DNA of 64,000 nt from an uncultured Gemmatimonadales bacterium. GTDB lineage: Bacteria > Gemmatimonadota > Gemmatimonadetes > Longimicrobiales > Gaopeijiaceae. The first letter of the stretch is position 1. Each line of letters starts with the position of its first letter. The position numbers and the translations under genes were made by a program. The notes below the pieces were generated by a model. The model was not told the origin of the DNA. It was given only the letters and a program-made list of their open reading frames with translations, and ran no database searches. The stretch covers positions 448,001 to 512,000 of the forward strand of contig CAWGKG010000018.1 in the NCBI GenBank assembly GCA_963823035.1. Direction: 5' to 3'. Positions 15,903-30,217 of the stretch are shown here, piece after piece.

Positions 15903-15920
15903 TTGTGAAAAAAAACGCAA
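15903..15920. promoter_or_regulatory. Candidate Rex operator upstream of the atp operon
   Basis: TTGTGAA-AAAA-AACGCAA versus Rex consensus TTGTGAA-N4-TTCACAA; lies just downstream of a TAAAAT -10 box on the minus strand. Confidence 0.5.
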
Positions 15921-16136
15921 GCTCGTAACCGCGCCATTTTAGCGGGGTTCCGGCCCTCCAACCCCGGAGTCGGCCGCGGGGTCCGTCGCGGAGCCGGTTC
16001 GCTGCGGAGCGCACGGCGGAGGCGCCCAAGCGGCGCGGACCCGTCACGCCCCCTGGCGGGTACGGGGCAGACGCCTTCTCTTGGAGCCCGCATCGGCACG
16101 CACGCGCGTCCGATCCTCCCCGCAACGATCCTCAGG

Positions 16137-17150
<1,014 letters not shown>

Positions 17151-17193
17151 ACCGAAGCGGTGGGGGGAGCGAACGCCCTCCCAGTAGGGGGCC

Positions 17194-18448
17194 ATGACGG
17201 GAACGGTCGTGGCGGTCGGTCTGGTGCTGCTCGTCCTCTCCGCCCTCCTCACGGCGGCCGGCACGGCCGTCTTCCAACTCGGGGTGTCGCGGCTGCGGAC
17301 GCTCCAGGAGGAGGGCTTCAAGGGCGCGGAGTCGCTGGCACGCCTGCGCGTCGACGATCGGCGCACGCGTACCGCCCTGCGCCTGGTGACGACCGCCCTG
17401 AACCTCGCCGCCGTGGGCGTGGCGGCCACGGCGGTCGACGGACCCGTCAGCATGGCGGTGATCCTCCTCGCGATTCTCGTCGTCCTCTTCCTGGCCGACC
17501 TGACGCCCCGGATCTTCGCGGCGCGCCACCCCGTGCGACTGGCGCTCTTCTCCGCCCCGCTGCTCCACGGGACTGACGCGCTGGCTGCACGCCCTCACGC
17601 TCCCCTTCACCCGCATGGAGGAGGCGCTCGCGGGCAACGGAGACGGGGAGCTGACGGCCGAGGAGCGCGAGCTCCGGGAGATCCAGGCGCTCGGGCAGGA
17701 GGAAGGCGTCCTCGAGGACCACGAGAACCTCCTCGTGGAACGTGCCTTCCGGCTCGACGAGCTCACCGCCTGGGACGTCATGACGCCCCGGGTCGACGTC
17801 TTCGCGTGGAAGGACTCCACACCCCTGGAGGACATCGTGGGGGAGATCTCCGGCGTGCCCTACAGCCGCGTGCCCGTATACGCGGAGTCGGTGGACGACA
17901 TCACCGGCATCCTCTACGTTCGGGAGGCCTACCAGGCGTTCGTCGAGGGGAAGCGTGACCTCCCCCTGGCGGCGCTGGCGCGGGAGCCCTTCTTCGTGCC
18001 CGGGTCGCTCTCGCTCTCCCGGCTGATGCAGGACTTCCAGACGCGCCGCATCCACATGGGGATCGTGGCGGACGAGTTCGGCGGCATCGACGGCCTGGTC
18101 ACCCTCGAGGACGTGCTCGAGGAGCTGGTGGGAGAGATCGTCGACGAGACCGATCTCGACGAGGAGGAGATGGTCCGCGTCTCGAAGACGGAGGCGCTCG
18201 TGGACGCGGGCGTGGACCTGCGTGAGATCAACTACGCGCTGAACCTCTCCCTCCCGATCCTCGAGCATCGCTCCCTCAACGGCTTCATCCTCGAGGAGAT
18301 GGGCTACGTGCCCGCCGTCGGCGAGACGCTGGAGCGCTCCGGGGTGCACATCGAGGTCGTCGAGGCGACGGAGACCCAGGTCGTGCGCGCGCGCCTGACG
18401 CGGCGCGCGGCCGGGGGCCCCGACACGCCGGCGCCGGTCCAGGAATAG
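17194..18448 (+). CDS. CNNM/DUF21-CBS-CorC (hemolysin-like) membrane protein (frameshift near 17570)
   Basis: N-terminal TM segments, then VMTPRVD, YSRVPVY, DEFGGIDGLVTLED.LEELVGEI.DE.D and a C-terminal CorC domain. Confidence 0.88.
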
Positions 18449-18450
18449 GA

Positions 18451-19086
18451 GTGGCCCTTCTTCTCCCTTTCGGCGGGAAGTCGCCCCGTGTGCACCCGTC
18501 GGCCTTCCTCGCGCCCACCGCCGTCCTCATCGGCGACGTGGAGATCGGAGCGGAAGCGAGCGTCTGGTTCGGCGCCGTGCTCCGCGGCGACGACCCGAAG
18601 CACCCGATCGTGGTCGGCGCGCGCAGCAGCGTCCAGGACAACTGCGTGGTCCACGTGGGGGACTGGGGCCCTACCGTGATCGGCGAGAACGTCACGGTGG
18701 GCCACGGCGCGAAGTTCGAGTGCTGCACGGTCGGCGACCGGACGGTGGTCGGGATGAACGCCGTGATCCTCCAGCGGGCGGTGATCGGCGCCGAGTGCGT
18801 GCTGGCGGCCAACACGGTCGTCCTCGAGGGCACGGAGATCCCGCCGCGCTCGTTGGTGGCGGGCGTGCCCGGCCGGGTGAAGAAGAGCCTGGAGGGTTCG
18901 GCGGCCGAGTGGATCGCGCGCGGCGGGACGCACTACGTGGAGTTGTCGCGCGCCTACCGCGCCGCAGGGATCGGCCGCCCGGAGGACGGCGCGCGCTGCG
19001 AACTGTGCGGCGGACCCGTGCTCGAGCGGCACTGCAAGCTCGTGTGCACGACCTGCGGGTACCAGCGGGACTGCTCGGACCCGTGA
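18451..19086 (+). CDS. Gamma-carbonic anhydrase family protein with C-terminal zinc ribbon
   Basis: IGDVEIG..SVWFGAVLRGD, QDNCVVH, VGHGA hexapeptide repeats; tail C-x2-C...C-x2-C. Confidence 0.88.
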   Translation: MALLLPFGGKSPRVHPSAFLAPTAVLIGDVEIGAEASVWFGAVLRGDDPKHPIVVGARSSVQDNCVVHVGDWGPTVIGENVTVGHGAKFECCTVGDRTVVGMNAVILQRAVIGAECVLAANTVVLEGTEIPPRSLVAGVPGRVKKSLEGSAAEWIARGGTHYVELSRAYRAAGIGRPEDGARCELCGGPVLERHCKLVCTTCGYQRDCSDP

Positions 19087-19131
19087 GGAGTGGGCGCGGC
19101 GGGACCGCCCACACCGGCAGCCCCCGACCTG

Positions 19132-19950
19132 CTACATCGTCAGCCCCACGATGCGCGTCAGGTACCACACCCTCAGCGCCTCGCCCCACGCCCACGTCAC
19201 CGCCCCCGCGGCGGCGAGGAACACCCCGAGCGGGATGAGCCGCTTCGAGAACGACGCCACCGGCCCGTAGACCACGAGCGCGAGCACGGAGCCGATGAAG
19301 ATCGTCTCGGCCACCCCCCACACGCCCACGAAGGCGCCCACCATCATCATCATCTTGATGTCCCCGCCGCCCATCGCGCGGTCGACGCCCGCCTCCTCGA
19401 GCCGCCCGGGAAAGAGCCGCTTGATCACCCACGTGCCGCCGACCGCCACGAGCCAGAGCAGCCCGTAGCCGATCGCCGCCCCGATGATCGACGTGCGCCA
19501 GCCGATTCCGCCCGGGAGGAAGGAAGCGGCCACGCCGAGCACCGTGCCGCCGATGGAGAACTCGTCGGGGATGATGTAGAACCGCGCGTCGCTCAGCGAG
19601 ATGCCGAAGAGGATCGTGAGGAAGATCCCGCCGCGCAGCGCCTCCCACGTCGCGCCGTGCGCGGCGAAGACCCCCGCCCACACCAGGCCGCTGGCGAGCT
19701 CCACCAGGGGGTACTGGATCGAGATGGGCTGGGAGCACCACCGACACCGCCCGCGCAGGATCACCCAGGAGAGCACCGGGATGTTGTCGTACCACCGCAC
19801 CGGCTCGCCGCAGCGGGGGCAGTGCGACGGCGGGCTGACCACCGACTCCTCCTCCGGCCAGCGCAGCGAACAGACGTTCAGGAACGAGCCGATCGCCAGG
19901 CCGAACAGCCCGGCCACGAAGGGAAGAAGCCAGCCGTCAACGAGCAGCAC
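19132..19950 (-). CDS. pilD: Type IV prepilin peptidase
   Basis: [39 protein letters not shown]. Confidence 0.93.
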   Translation of the reverse strand: MLLVDGWLLPFVAGLFGLAIGSFLNVCSLRWPEEESVVSPPSHCPRCGEPVRWYDNIPVLSWVILRGRCRWCSQPISIQYPLVELASGLVWAGVFAAHGATWEALRGGIFLTILFGISLSDARFYIIPDEFSIGGTVLGVAASFLPGGIGWRTSIIGAAIGYGLLWLVAVGGTWVIKRLFPGRLEEAGVDRAMGGGDIKMMMMVGAFVGVWGVAETIFIGSVLALVVYGPVASFSKRLIPLGVFLAAAGAVTWAWGEALRVWYLTRIVGLTM

Positions 19951-20723
19951 GCATCGTCTCCCGCGTCAGGGCGTAGAGGAGGAGGGCGCCGGCCACCGCG
20001 GCGTTGAGCGACTCCGCGGGCCCGGGCATCCGCACGCAGACGAACTGCTGGGCCGCGTCGCGGAGCGCCTCGCGCGGCCCGGCCCCCTCGTTCGCCACGA
20101 CCAGGGCCCATCCACTCGAGGTCACCGCCTCCTCGACGTCGCTCCCGGTCGCGTCGGCGACGAGCAGGGGGACGCCGGCACCCCGGAGGAGCGCGAGGGT
20201 CGCGTCCGCGCCCCGCTGCAGAAGGGGCCGGCGGAAGACCATCCCCGCCGAGGCTCGTACCGCTTTGGCGCCCCAGGGATCCGCCGTGCCGTCGAGGGCG
20301 AGGACGGCGTCGAGGTCGAACGCCGTCGCGGTCCGGACCAGGGTGCCCACGTTGCCCGGATCCTGCACGGCATCGAGCACGAGATAGTGCCCTCCGGCGC
20401 GCACCACGGCTTCGTCCGCGGCGGGCTGCGCGCACACCAGGAGGACGCCCTGCGGGTGCTCGGTGTCGGACAGGCCGGACGAGCGTGCGGTCGTCGACGT
20501 CGTCGGTCTCGACGCCCGCGCCCGCCAGCGCCGCGCGCGTCGCCGCCCCCTCCGGGAGGCCGTCGAGCGCGGAAGACGTCACGCCGAAGCGCGCTGCGGC
20601 GCCTGCGGCGAGCGCCTCCCGCACCGCGCGCACCCCCTCGACGAGGACCAGGCCCTCCCGCTCCCGCGTCTTCCGGTGCCGGAGCCGTCCGAGGATCTGC
20701 CGGCGGCGCTGGCTCAGTGCCAT
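19937..20723 (-). CDS. TrmH/SpoU family RNA methyltransferase (frameshift near 20480)
   Basis: VLVEGVR in the first frame; [27 protein letters not shown] in the second. Confidence 0.88.
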
Positions 20724-20776
20724 GGCATCACCCACCTTTCGGGCCACGGCCCCTGCACCACCCCGCACCGGATTCC

Positions 20777-21578
20777 ATGTCCCCGCCCCCACCCCGACCC
20801 GTCGCGCTCACGATCGCCGGAAGCGATTCCGGCGGCGGCGCGGGCATCCAGGCCGACCTGAAGACCTTCCACGCGTTCGGCGTGTTCGGCACCTCCGCGC
20901 TCACCGCGATCACGGCGCAGAACACGCGCGGCGTGACCGCCGTGCACGCCGTGCCTCTCGACGTCGTGGCGCGCCCAGATCGACGCGGTCGTCACCGACC
21001 TCCGCCCGGCGGGCGTGAAGACCGGGATGCTCGCGACGGCCGCGCTCGTGGAGGTCGTGGCCGACGCCATCGAGCGTCACGGGCTGGAGCGCTATGTGCT
21101 CGACCCCGTGATGGTGGCCACCAGCGGGGACCGGCTCCTCGACGAGGACGCCGAGGTCACGGTGGCGCGCAGGCTGCTCCCGCTCGCCGCGGTGGTGACC
21201 CCCAACCTCCACGAGGCCGCCATCCTCACGGGCCGCGAGGTGCGCACGCTCGACGACATGCGCGCCGCCGCCGACGCCCTCCTGGCGCTGGGCGCGGGCG
21301 CGGCCCTGGTCAAGGGCGGCCATCTGGCGGACGACGCCGTCGACCTCCTCCGCGACCCTTCCGGCGAGCGGGTGTGGCGCAAGCCACGCCTGGACACCCG
21401 CCACACGCACGGCACCGGCTGCACGCTGTCGGCCGCGATCGCGGCGGGACTCGCCCTCGACCTCCCCCTCGCGGAAGCGTCCGATCGGGCGGTCCGATGG
21501 GTCGCCCGCGCCATCGAGACGGCGCCGGGCCTGGGTGGCGGGCACGGTCCGGTGAATCACTTCGCCCCGGTGGACTGA
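20777..21578 (+). CDS. thiD: HMP/HMP-P kinase ThiD (frameshift near 20970)
   Basis: [50 protein letters not shown]. Confidence 0.93.
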
Positions 21579-22391
21579 GGGAGGATCCGGAGCACCTCCT
21601 CCAGGATCCTGCCCAGCGCCTGGCCGGCGCGCCGACCGACCTCCATCACCTCTTCGTGCGTCTGGGGCTGGGCGGACAGCCCCGTCCCCTTGTTCGTCAC
21701 CACGGAGAACGCCAGGCAGCGAAGCCGATTCGCGCGCGCCGCCAGCACCTCCGGCACCGTCGACATCCCCACGACGTCGGCGCCCACCGCTGCCGAGCAT
21801 CCGCACCTCGGCCGCCGTCTCGAAGGACGGCCCGAGCATCGCGGCGTACACGCCGCCCCGCAGCGGCACGCCCACCGTGCCGGCGGCCCGCATCGCGAGC
21901 GCCCGCAGCGCCGGGTCGTAGGGCTCGCTCATGTCCGGAAAGCGGTCCTCGCCGCCCTGCACGGCGCCGACCAGGGGCGAGCGGAACATGAAGTTGATGT
22001 GGTCCTCGATGAGAACGAGGTCGCCGGGCTCGAGCGCCGGATCCACGCCCCCCGCGGCGTTCGTGAGCACGACCACCTCGATGCCCAGCGCCGCGGCCAC
22101 CCGCATCGGGGCCGCCACCACCTCGGGGGCGTGCCCTTCGTAGAGGTGGAAGCGACCGGCCTGCAGGAGCACGGGGCGCTCCGCGAGGCGCCCGCCCACG
22201 TAGCGCCCCGCGTGACCGACCACGCTGGTGGTCGGATAGCCGGGCAGGTCCGCGAAGGGCACGACGACCGGGTCGACCACGGCGTCGGCGAGGTGGCCCA
22301 GCCCGGAGCCCAGGACCAGCAGCACCTCGGGATCGCTCCCCAGGCGCGCGCGCAGCGCGCCGGCGGCGGCCTCGACGTCGAGCGGTGTCAT
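21557..22391 (-). CDS. punA: Purine-nucleoside phosphorylase, trimeric type (frameshift near 21790)
   Basis: [47 protein letters not shown]. Confidence 0.9.
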
Positions 22392-22393
22392 CT

Positions 22394-23891
22394 CTAGAGG
22401 ATCATCCCGGCCACGGTCGCCGTCATGAACGCCGCGATCGTGCCGCCGATCATGGCCCGCAGCCCCAGGCGGGAGAGGTCGTGCCTTCGGGTCGGCGCGA
22501 TCCCGCCGATCCCGCCGAGCTGGATGGCGATCGACGAGAAGTTCGCGAAGCCGCAGAGGGCGTACGTCACGATGACGACCGAGCGGGGCTCGAGCGTCTG
22601 GTCGCCCTGCAGGATGCCCGCGAGCTGGATGTAGGCGAAGAACTCGTTGAGGACGGTCTTGATCCCCATCAGCGAAGCGACGGTGGGGGCGTCGTGCCAG
22701 GTCACGCCCATCAGCCAGGCGAGCGGCGCCAGCACCCAGCCCAGGATCTTCTCGAGCGTGAGCCCCTCGAGCCCGGCCAGCCCGCCGGCCCATCCGAGCA
22801 GCCCGTTGAAGAGATAGATGAGCGCGACGAAGGCCAGCAGCATCGCGCCGACGTTGAGCGCCAGGTAGAGCCCCTCCGAGGCTCCACGCGCCGCCGCGTC
22901 GATCACGTTGACGTCCGGGCGCTCCACCTGGATCTCGAGCGTGTTGCGGGTCTCCGGCTCTCCGGTCTCCGGCACCATGAGCTTGGCCACCACCAGCGCC
23001 GCGGGCGCCGACATGACCGACGCCGCCATGAGGTGCCCGGCGATGTCCGGGAAGTGGAGCAGCAGCATGCCGACGTAGGCCGCCATCACGCCGCCGGCCA
23101 CCGTCGCGAACCCCGCCGTCATGACCGCCATCAGCTCCGACAGCGTCATCCTCTCGACGAAGGGCTTGATCAGGAGCGGCGCCTCCGTCTGCCCCACGAA
23201 GATGTTGCCGGCGGCCGAGAGCGTCTCCGCGCCCGAGGTGCCCATCGTGCGCTGCATGACCCAGGCGACCCCGCGCACCGCCTTCTGCATGATGCCCAGG
23301 TGGTAGAGCACCGTCATGAGCGAGCAGAAGAAGATGATCGTCGGCAGCACGGTGAAGGCGAAGTACGAGCCGGTGTTCGCCACCTGCCCCGGTATCGCCG
23401 TGAAGGCGCCGTTGCCCGGGTCGCCCGCGCCGATCGGGACGTTGTTGTCCACGAGGTTGCCGAAGACGAAGCGCGCGCCGTCCACCGTGAAGCCGAGGAG
23501 CGCGACCACGACGGTGTTCATGGTGTCGAAGACGCGTGCGCCCACCGGCGTCTTGAGGATGAACAGCGCGAAGAGGAGCTGGAGGGAGATGCCCCAGATG
23601 ACCACGCGCCACGGCACGCGCTTGCGGTCCATCGACAGGAGCCAGGCGATCAGCGTGAGCGCCGACCAGGCCCACGAGCGAGCGGAGGCGCTCGGAGAGG
23701 GGCGTGTTCAGCGAGCCCCGTGGGATCCGGATCCCGACCTGCCCGCCCGCGCCCTGCTGCGCTGCGGCGACGACGGCCCCCTCGGCCGGCGCGGGTGGGG
23801 TTCCGGCGCCGAGGGCGGTCCACGCGCCGGTCGAGACGAGGAGCGCGCACAGTACCCAGAGGACCACCACGCCGGGCCGGGGCCGAATCAT
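22394..23891 (-). CDS. nupC: CNT/NupC family nucleoside transporter with N-terminal extension (frameshift near 23655)
   Basis: FAF.VLPTIIFF, GNIFVGQTEAPL, NEFFAY, YALCGFANFSSIAI. Confidence 0.9.
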
Positions 23892-23965
23892 CGAGGACGG
23901 GTCCTGTCAGCAGGTTGTGGGCGCCGAGGCGCCCGAGGACCCGCCAATATCGAGGGCTGCCGCCC

Positions 23966-24703
23966 TCACCACCAGCCGCCGCGCTGCAGATCGCGCGGGT
24001 CGAGGGCGAAGTGGCCGCGCTTGGCCTGCACGAGTCGCCAGTTCGCGAAGAGGCGGATGAGCAGCACGCCGGACACGAACCCGCCGATGTGCGCGGCGTA
24101 GGCCACCCCTCCGCCGGCACCCGAGGTCTGCGAGAAGAGCTGGAGCAGGAACCAGTAGCCCAGGATCACCCAGGCGGGAAGCGGGATGATGCGGATGAAG
24201 ATGATGAAGAAGAAGAGCGTCGCCACGCGCGCCCTGGGATAGAGCACGATGTAGGCGCCCATGATCCCCGCGATCGCCCCGGAGGCGCCCACGGTGGGAA
24301 CGGGCGAGCCCGGGTCGAGGAGGATCTGCGTGCCGATCGCGACCAGCCCGGTCAGGAGATAGAAGACGACGAAGCGCAGGCGACCCATGGAGTCCTCGAC
24401 GTTGTTCCCGAAGATCCACAGGAACCACATGTTCCCGATCAGGTGCATCCAGCTCCCGTGCAGGAACATCGAGGTGAACATCGCCTGCCAGGTCAGGCCG
24501 CCGAGCGCGCACGGCCCGCGCCCGCCCAGGCGCCCCGTGACCTCCGCCGGGATCGCGCCCAACGCGCAGATGGAGCCGTCGAGCAGCTCCTGGGACGTGC
24601 CCGCGCCCTGGACCAGGATCCAGACCGCGACGCAGGCGACGATGATCCCGATCGTGAAGAGGGGAAAGATCTCGGTCGGATTGTCGTCGTGGAGCGGAAA
24701 CAC
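23966..24703 (-). CDS. Rhomboid family intramembrane serine protease
   Basis: [37 protein letters not shown]. Confidence 0.93.
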   Translation of the reverse strand: MFPLHDDNPTEIFPLFTIGIIVACVAVWILVQGAGTSQELLDGSICALGAIPAEVTGRLGGRGPCALGGLTWQAMFTSMFLHGSWMHLIGNMWFLWIFGNNVEDSMGRLRFVVFYLLTGLVAIGTQILLDPGSPVPTVGASGAIAGIMGAYIVLYPRARVATLFFFIIFIRIIPLPAWVILGYWFLLQLFSQTSGAGGGVAYAAHIGGFVSGVLLIRLFANWRLVQAKRGHFALDPRDLQRGGWW

Positions 24704-24787
24704 GGCGCGTTCGGTTCGGGGGAACTGCCACTTCGACAGAAGATAGTCGAAATGCGCCGAATTGGCGGTCTTTTCCGGCCCCCCGCC

Positions 24788-24803
24788 CGGCATGGGGATT
24801 GCA
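24788..24803 (+). promoter_or_regulatory. Candidate sigma54 (-24/-12) promoter for dnaK
   Basis: CGGCATGGGGATTGCA: GG-N10-GC matches TGGCACG-N4-TTGCW spacing. Confidence 0.55.
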
Positions 24804-24921
24804 TATCCCGTGCCGCAGTGGCGGCCCTCCGGGGCCCCTTCTCAACGACATCGACATCGCGGCACGTGGGGCGCCCGTTCGGGTCCCGACCGACCCGTCA
24901 GACCCCGTTCAGGAGCGGAGC

Positions 24922-26871
<1,950 letters not shown>

Positions 26872-26885
26872 GAGACGGTCCGTTC

Positions 26886-26916
26886 CGGGCCCCCCTCGCT
26901 CGAGGGGGGCCCGTTT
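26886..26916 (+). terminator. Intrinsic terminator after dnaK
   Basis: CGGGCCCCCCTCG-CT-CGAGGGGGGCCCG hairpin followed by TTT. Confidence 0.65.
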
Positions 26917-27060
26917 CGCCGGGCAACCCTCGGCGTCGAAGGGCAATCCAAACGACAGTCGTAGCCCCCGGACCCGGGTCCGGGGGTTCGGGTATGAAGA
27001 CGTCGTCGGATGGGCGTGGGGTCCGCCGACGACCCACAGCAGGAACTGCAAGGAGCCGAG

Positions 27061-28625
27061 ATGTACGACCCGCTTCGTGCCAAGGCCAAGGTCGCCCTCT
27101 ACACGGTGATCGCCTTCCTCTTCGGGCTCGGACTGGCCAGCGGCATGGGTTGGACGAGCGCGTCGAACGCGATGCCGGTCGTCGACACCGCGCAGCGTGT
27201 CTCGACCGAGGCGGTGAAGCCGGCCGCCGACCTGAGCGAGGCGTTCGTGAACCTGGCGGAAGCCGTGACCCCAGCGGTGGTGCGCATCGAGTCGCGCCGC
27301 CCGAGCAGCGCCTCGGGCCGGCAGGTCCCGGACGTCTTCCGCCGCTTCTTCGACCTCCCCGAGGGTGGGGAGCAGGAGGGTCCGCCTTCCCAGGGCCAGC
27401 TCGCCGGCGGCAGCGGGTTCATCGTGTCGGAGGACGGCTACATCCTGACGAACAACCACGTGGTCGAAGGCTCGGACCAGATCCGCGTCTTCCTCCCGGA
27501 CCGGCGCTACTTCGACGCCAAGCTGGTGGGCAACGATCCGTTCACCGACGTCGCGGTCATCAAGATCGAGGCGGGGGCGCCCCTGCCCACCATGAGCTTC
27601 GGCAACTCCGACGACGTCAAGGTCGGTGAGTGGGTGCTGGCGATCGGCAACCCGGGCTTCGGGAACTCGACGCAGCTCGACTACACCGTGACCGCGGGCA
27701 TCGTGAGCGCCCGCGGCCGCGGGCCTGCAGCTCCTCCAGCGCGACCTCTCCAGCGATCCCGAGCTACGGGCCCGACCAGGCGGGCTTCGCGATCGAGGAC
27801 TTCATCCAGACGGACGCGGTCATCAACCCGGGCAACTCGGGCGGCCCGATGGTCGACCTGCACGGCCAGGTGGTCGGCATCAACTCGGCGATCGCGTCGT
27901 CCACGGGCTACTACCAGGGCTACGGCTTCGCCATCCCGGTGAACCTGGCGCGGCGCGTCATGCAGGACCTGATCGAGTTCGGCGTCGTGAAGCGGCCGCT
28001 CATCGGCGTCACGATCCAGGACGTCAGCGCAGAGGACGCCGAGATCTACGACCTGCCGAAGGTGTCCGGCGTGCTCGTCCAGGACGTGCGCGACGACGGG
28101 CCGGCGGTCGGGAAGCTCAAGCCCGAGGACGTGATCGTCGAGGTGGAAGGCGACCCGGTGGGCTACGTCGCCGAGTTGCAGGCGAAGATCGCCGAGCACC
28201 ACCCCGGTGACCGCGTGACGCTGAAGGTCTACCGCGACGGCAAGCCGATGGACTTCACCCTGACGCTGCAGGAAGCGCCCATCACGGAGCGCCCGGCGCA
28301 GACCGCGGAGCGCACCGTGCACGCCGAGGAGCGGCTCGGGATCAACGTCGAGACGCTGGACACGGAGCTGGCGGACCGGCTCGGCTACGAAAAGGCCGGC
28401 GGCGTCGTCATCAGCGATGTGGCCCAGGGCAGCCCGGCCGCCCGGCGGGGCCTGGCCGGGTCGCGGTGGTACAAGCTCGTGCAGATCAACGACGTGTCGA
28501 TCGACACCCCCGACGACGTCCGCTCCGCGCTGAGCGGCGTCGGCGGCGGCGAGATCGTGTCGCTGCATCTCGAGGACCCGACCGGCCAGGGCCGGGTGGT
28601 GAACGTGCGTATGCCCCAGAAGTGA
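27061..28625 (+). CDS. degP: DegP/DegQ (Do family) serine protease with two PDZ domains (frameshift near 27721)
   Basis: GSGFIV..ILTNNHVV, TDVAVIK, IQTDAVINPGNSGGP, PDZ domains. Confidence 0.9.
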
Positions 28626-28717
28626 CGCGGGCGATCGGCATCGCCGATCGAGCCAGGGGGCGCCGGCACGAAGCTGACGGCGCCCCTTGTCGTGGGCGCT
28701 TCGTCCGGGACACGGCG

Positions 28718-28747
28718 TTGTATGGCCTCGGGAACGGGTTTTATCTT
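28718..28747 (+). promoter_or_regulatory. Sigma70-type promoter for tRNA-Leu/tig
   Basis: TTGTAT-N18-TATCTT, the same -10 hexamer as the rRNA promoter. Confidence 0.55.
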
Positions 28748-28766
28748 TCCCGGGGCGCGGAACCCG

Positions 28767-28849
28767 GCGAGAGTGGCGGAACTGGTAGACGCGCGAGATT
28801 TAGGATCTCGTGGCCCTTGGCCGTGGGGGTTCGAGTCCCCCCTTTCGCA
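28767..28849 (+). tRNA. tRNA-Leu (anticodon TAG), CCA not encoded
   Basis: Acceptor GCGAGAG/CTTTCGC, D-loop GGAACTGGTAGAC, anticodon arm CGAGA-TTTAGGA-TCTCG, long variable arm, GGTTCGAGTCC; typical position before tig. Confidence 0.96.
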
Positions 28850-28915
28850 TTCGGCGCACGACGCCCTATCGCCGCTCCCCTCACCCCTCCCAACTCCGAG
28901 GCCAGAGAAGAGGGC

Positions 28916-30190
28916 ATGACCATCGACGCATCACGTCTCCAGATCTCCGTGCAGGAAGAGGAGCGCTGGCGGCGTCGCCTCAGCGTGACCGTACCCGCCG
29001 CGCTGGTGGCCGAAGAAGAGAAGAAGGCGGCCGCCAAGCTCGCCTCGCGCGTGAAGATGAAGGGCTTCCGCAAGGGACACGTCCCCAAGCAGATGGTCGC
29101 GTCCCGCTTCGGTGGCGCGCTGCGCCAGGAGGCCCTGGACCGGCTCATCAACGAGGCGTACCGGCACGCGCTGGCCGCGGAGGACCTGCGCCCCATCAGC
29201 GATGGTGAGCTCGAGGACATGTCCTACGAGCCGCAACAGGATCTGTCGTTCTCGATCGCCTTCGACGTCCAGCCGCAGATCGAGCTGGGCCGGTTGGGGG
29301 GCTTCGTGGTGGAGCGTCCACGGGCGGAGATCACGGACGACCACGTGGCCGAGATCCTGGGCAACATCCGTGAGCAGAACGGGGCCTGGAAGCCGGTCGA
29401 GGACGGGACGCCGGAGAACCGCGACCTGGTGGCCGTTCAGATCCGCCGGCTCGACGGCGACCCCCCGGACGCCGAGGGGAAGGACTACGAGTTCATCCTC
29501 GGCGAGGGCCAGGCCATCCCGGAGATCGAGGACGCCATCCGCACACTCGGGCCGGGCGACGTGGGGGAGTTCAAGGTCACCTTCCCCGAGGACTTCCCCG
29601 ACCAGAAGCGGCGGGGCGTCCAGGAGCACATCGAGGTGCGGCTCGTGGGCCGCAAGGTGCTCGAGCTCCCGGAGCTGGACGACGCGCTGGCCCGGCAGGT
29701 GGGCGACTTCGAGACGCTCGACGCGCTCAAGGCGCGCATCCGCGAGGACCTGGAGCGCGACGCTTCCGAGCAGGTCGAGGGGGCCATCCGTGGGCGGCTA
29801 CTCGACTTCCTCCTCGAGGCGAACCCGTTCGAGGTGCCGCGATCGATGGTCGAACGGTACGCGGAGGGCGTGCTCGGCGAGCAGTCGAAGATCCCCCCGG
29901 AGCGGCTCGAGGAGATCAAGGAGAGCGTCCGGCCGGAGGCCGAGCGCGCGGTGAAGCGCCTCCTTCTCATCGACCGCGTCGCTCACATCCGGGACCTGCA
30001 CGCCACCGAGGAGGAGCTGGACAAGCGCATCGAGGAGATCGCCGAGAAGAACCAGACCGCTCCGGAGAAGGTCTACGCCAGCCTGCAGAAGTCCGGGCGG
30101 CTGGAGGCGCTGGAGCGCGAGCTCACGGAGCGGAAGGTGTTCGAGTTCCTGAAGGGACAGTCAGAGATCACGGAGGCGCCGGCCGCCTGA
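28916..30190 (+). CDS. tig: Trigger factor
   Basis: GFRKGHVP ribosome-binding motif, FKBP-like domain, position before clpP. Confidence 0.95.
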   Translation: MTIDASRLQISVQEEERWRRRLSVTVPAALVAEEEKKAAAKLASRVKMKGFRKGHVPKQMVASRFGGALRQEALDRLINEAYRHALAAEDLRPISDGELEDMSYEPQQDLSFSIAFDVQPQIELGRLGGFVVERPRAEITDDHVAEILGNIREQNGAWKPVEDGTPENRDLVAVQIRRLDGDPPDAEGKDYEFILGEGQAIPEIEDAIRTLGPGDVGEFKVTFPEDFPDQKRRGVQEHIEVRLVGRKVLELPELDDALARQVGDFETLDALKARIREDLERDASEQVEGAIRGRLLDFLLEANPFEVPRSMVERYAEGVLGEQSKIPPERLEEIKESVRPEAERAVKRLLLIDRVAHIRDLHATEEELDKRIEEIAEKNQTAPEKVYASLQKSGRLEALERELTERKVFEFLKGQSEITEAPAA

Positions 30191-30217
30191 GGCGCCCGGC
30201 CCGACCCAAGCAGATCC

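Noticed and set aside
20724..20776. TPP riboswitch before thiD (or thiE)
   Set aside because: Gap is too short and lacks the CTGAGA/CCTGA core; thiE overlaps mltG.
28767..28915. tRNA-Leu as an integration site
   Set aside because: Followed directly by tig; no integrase and no duplicated 3' end seen.
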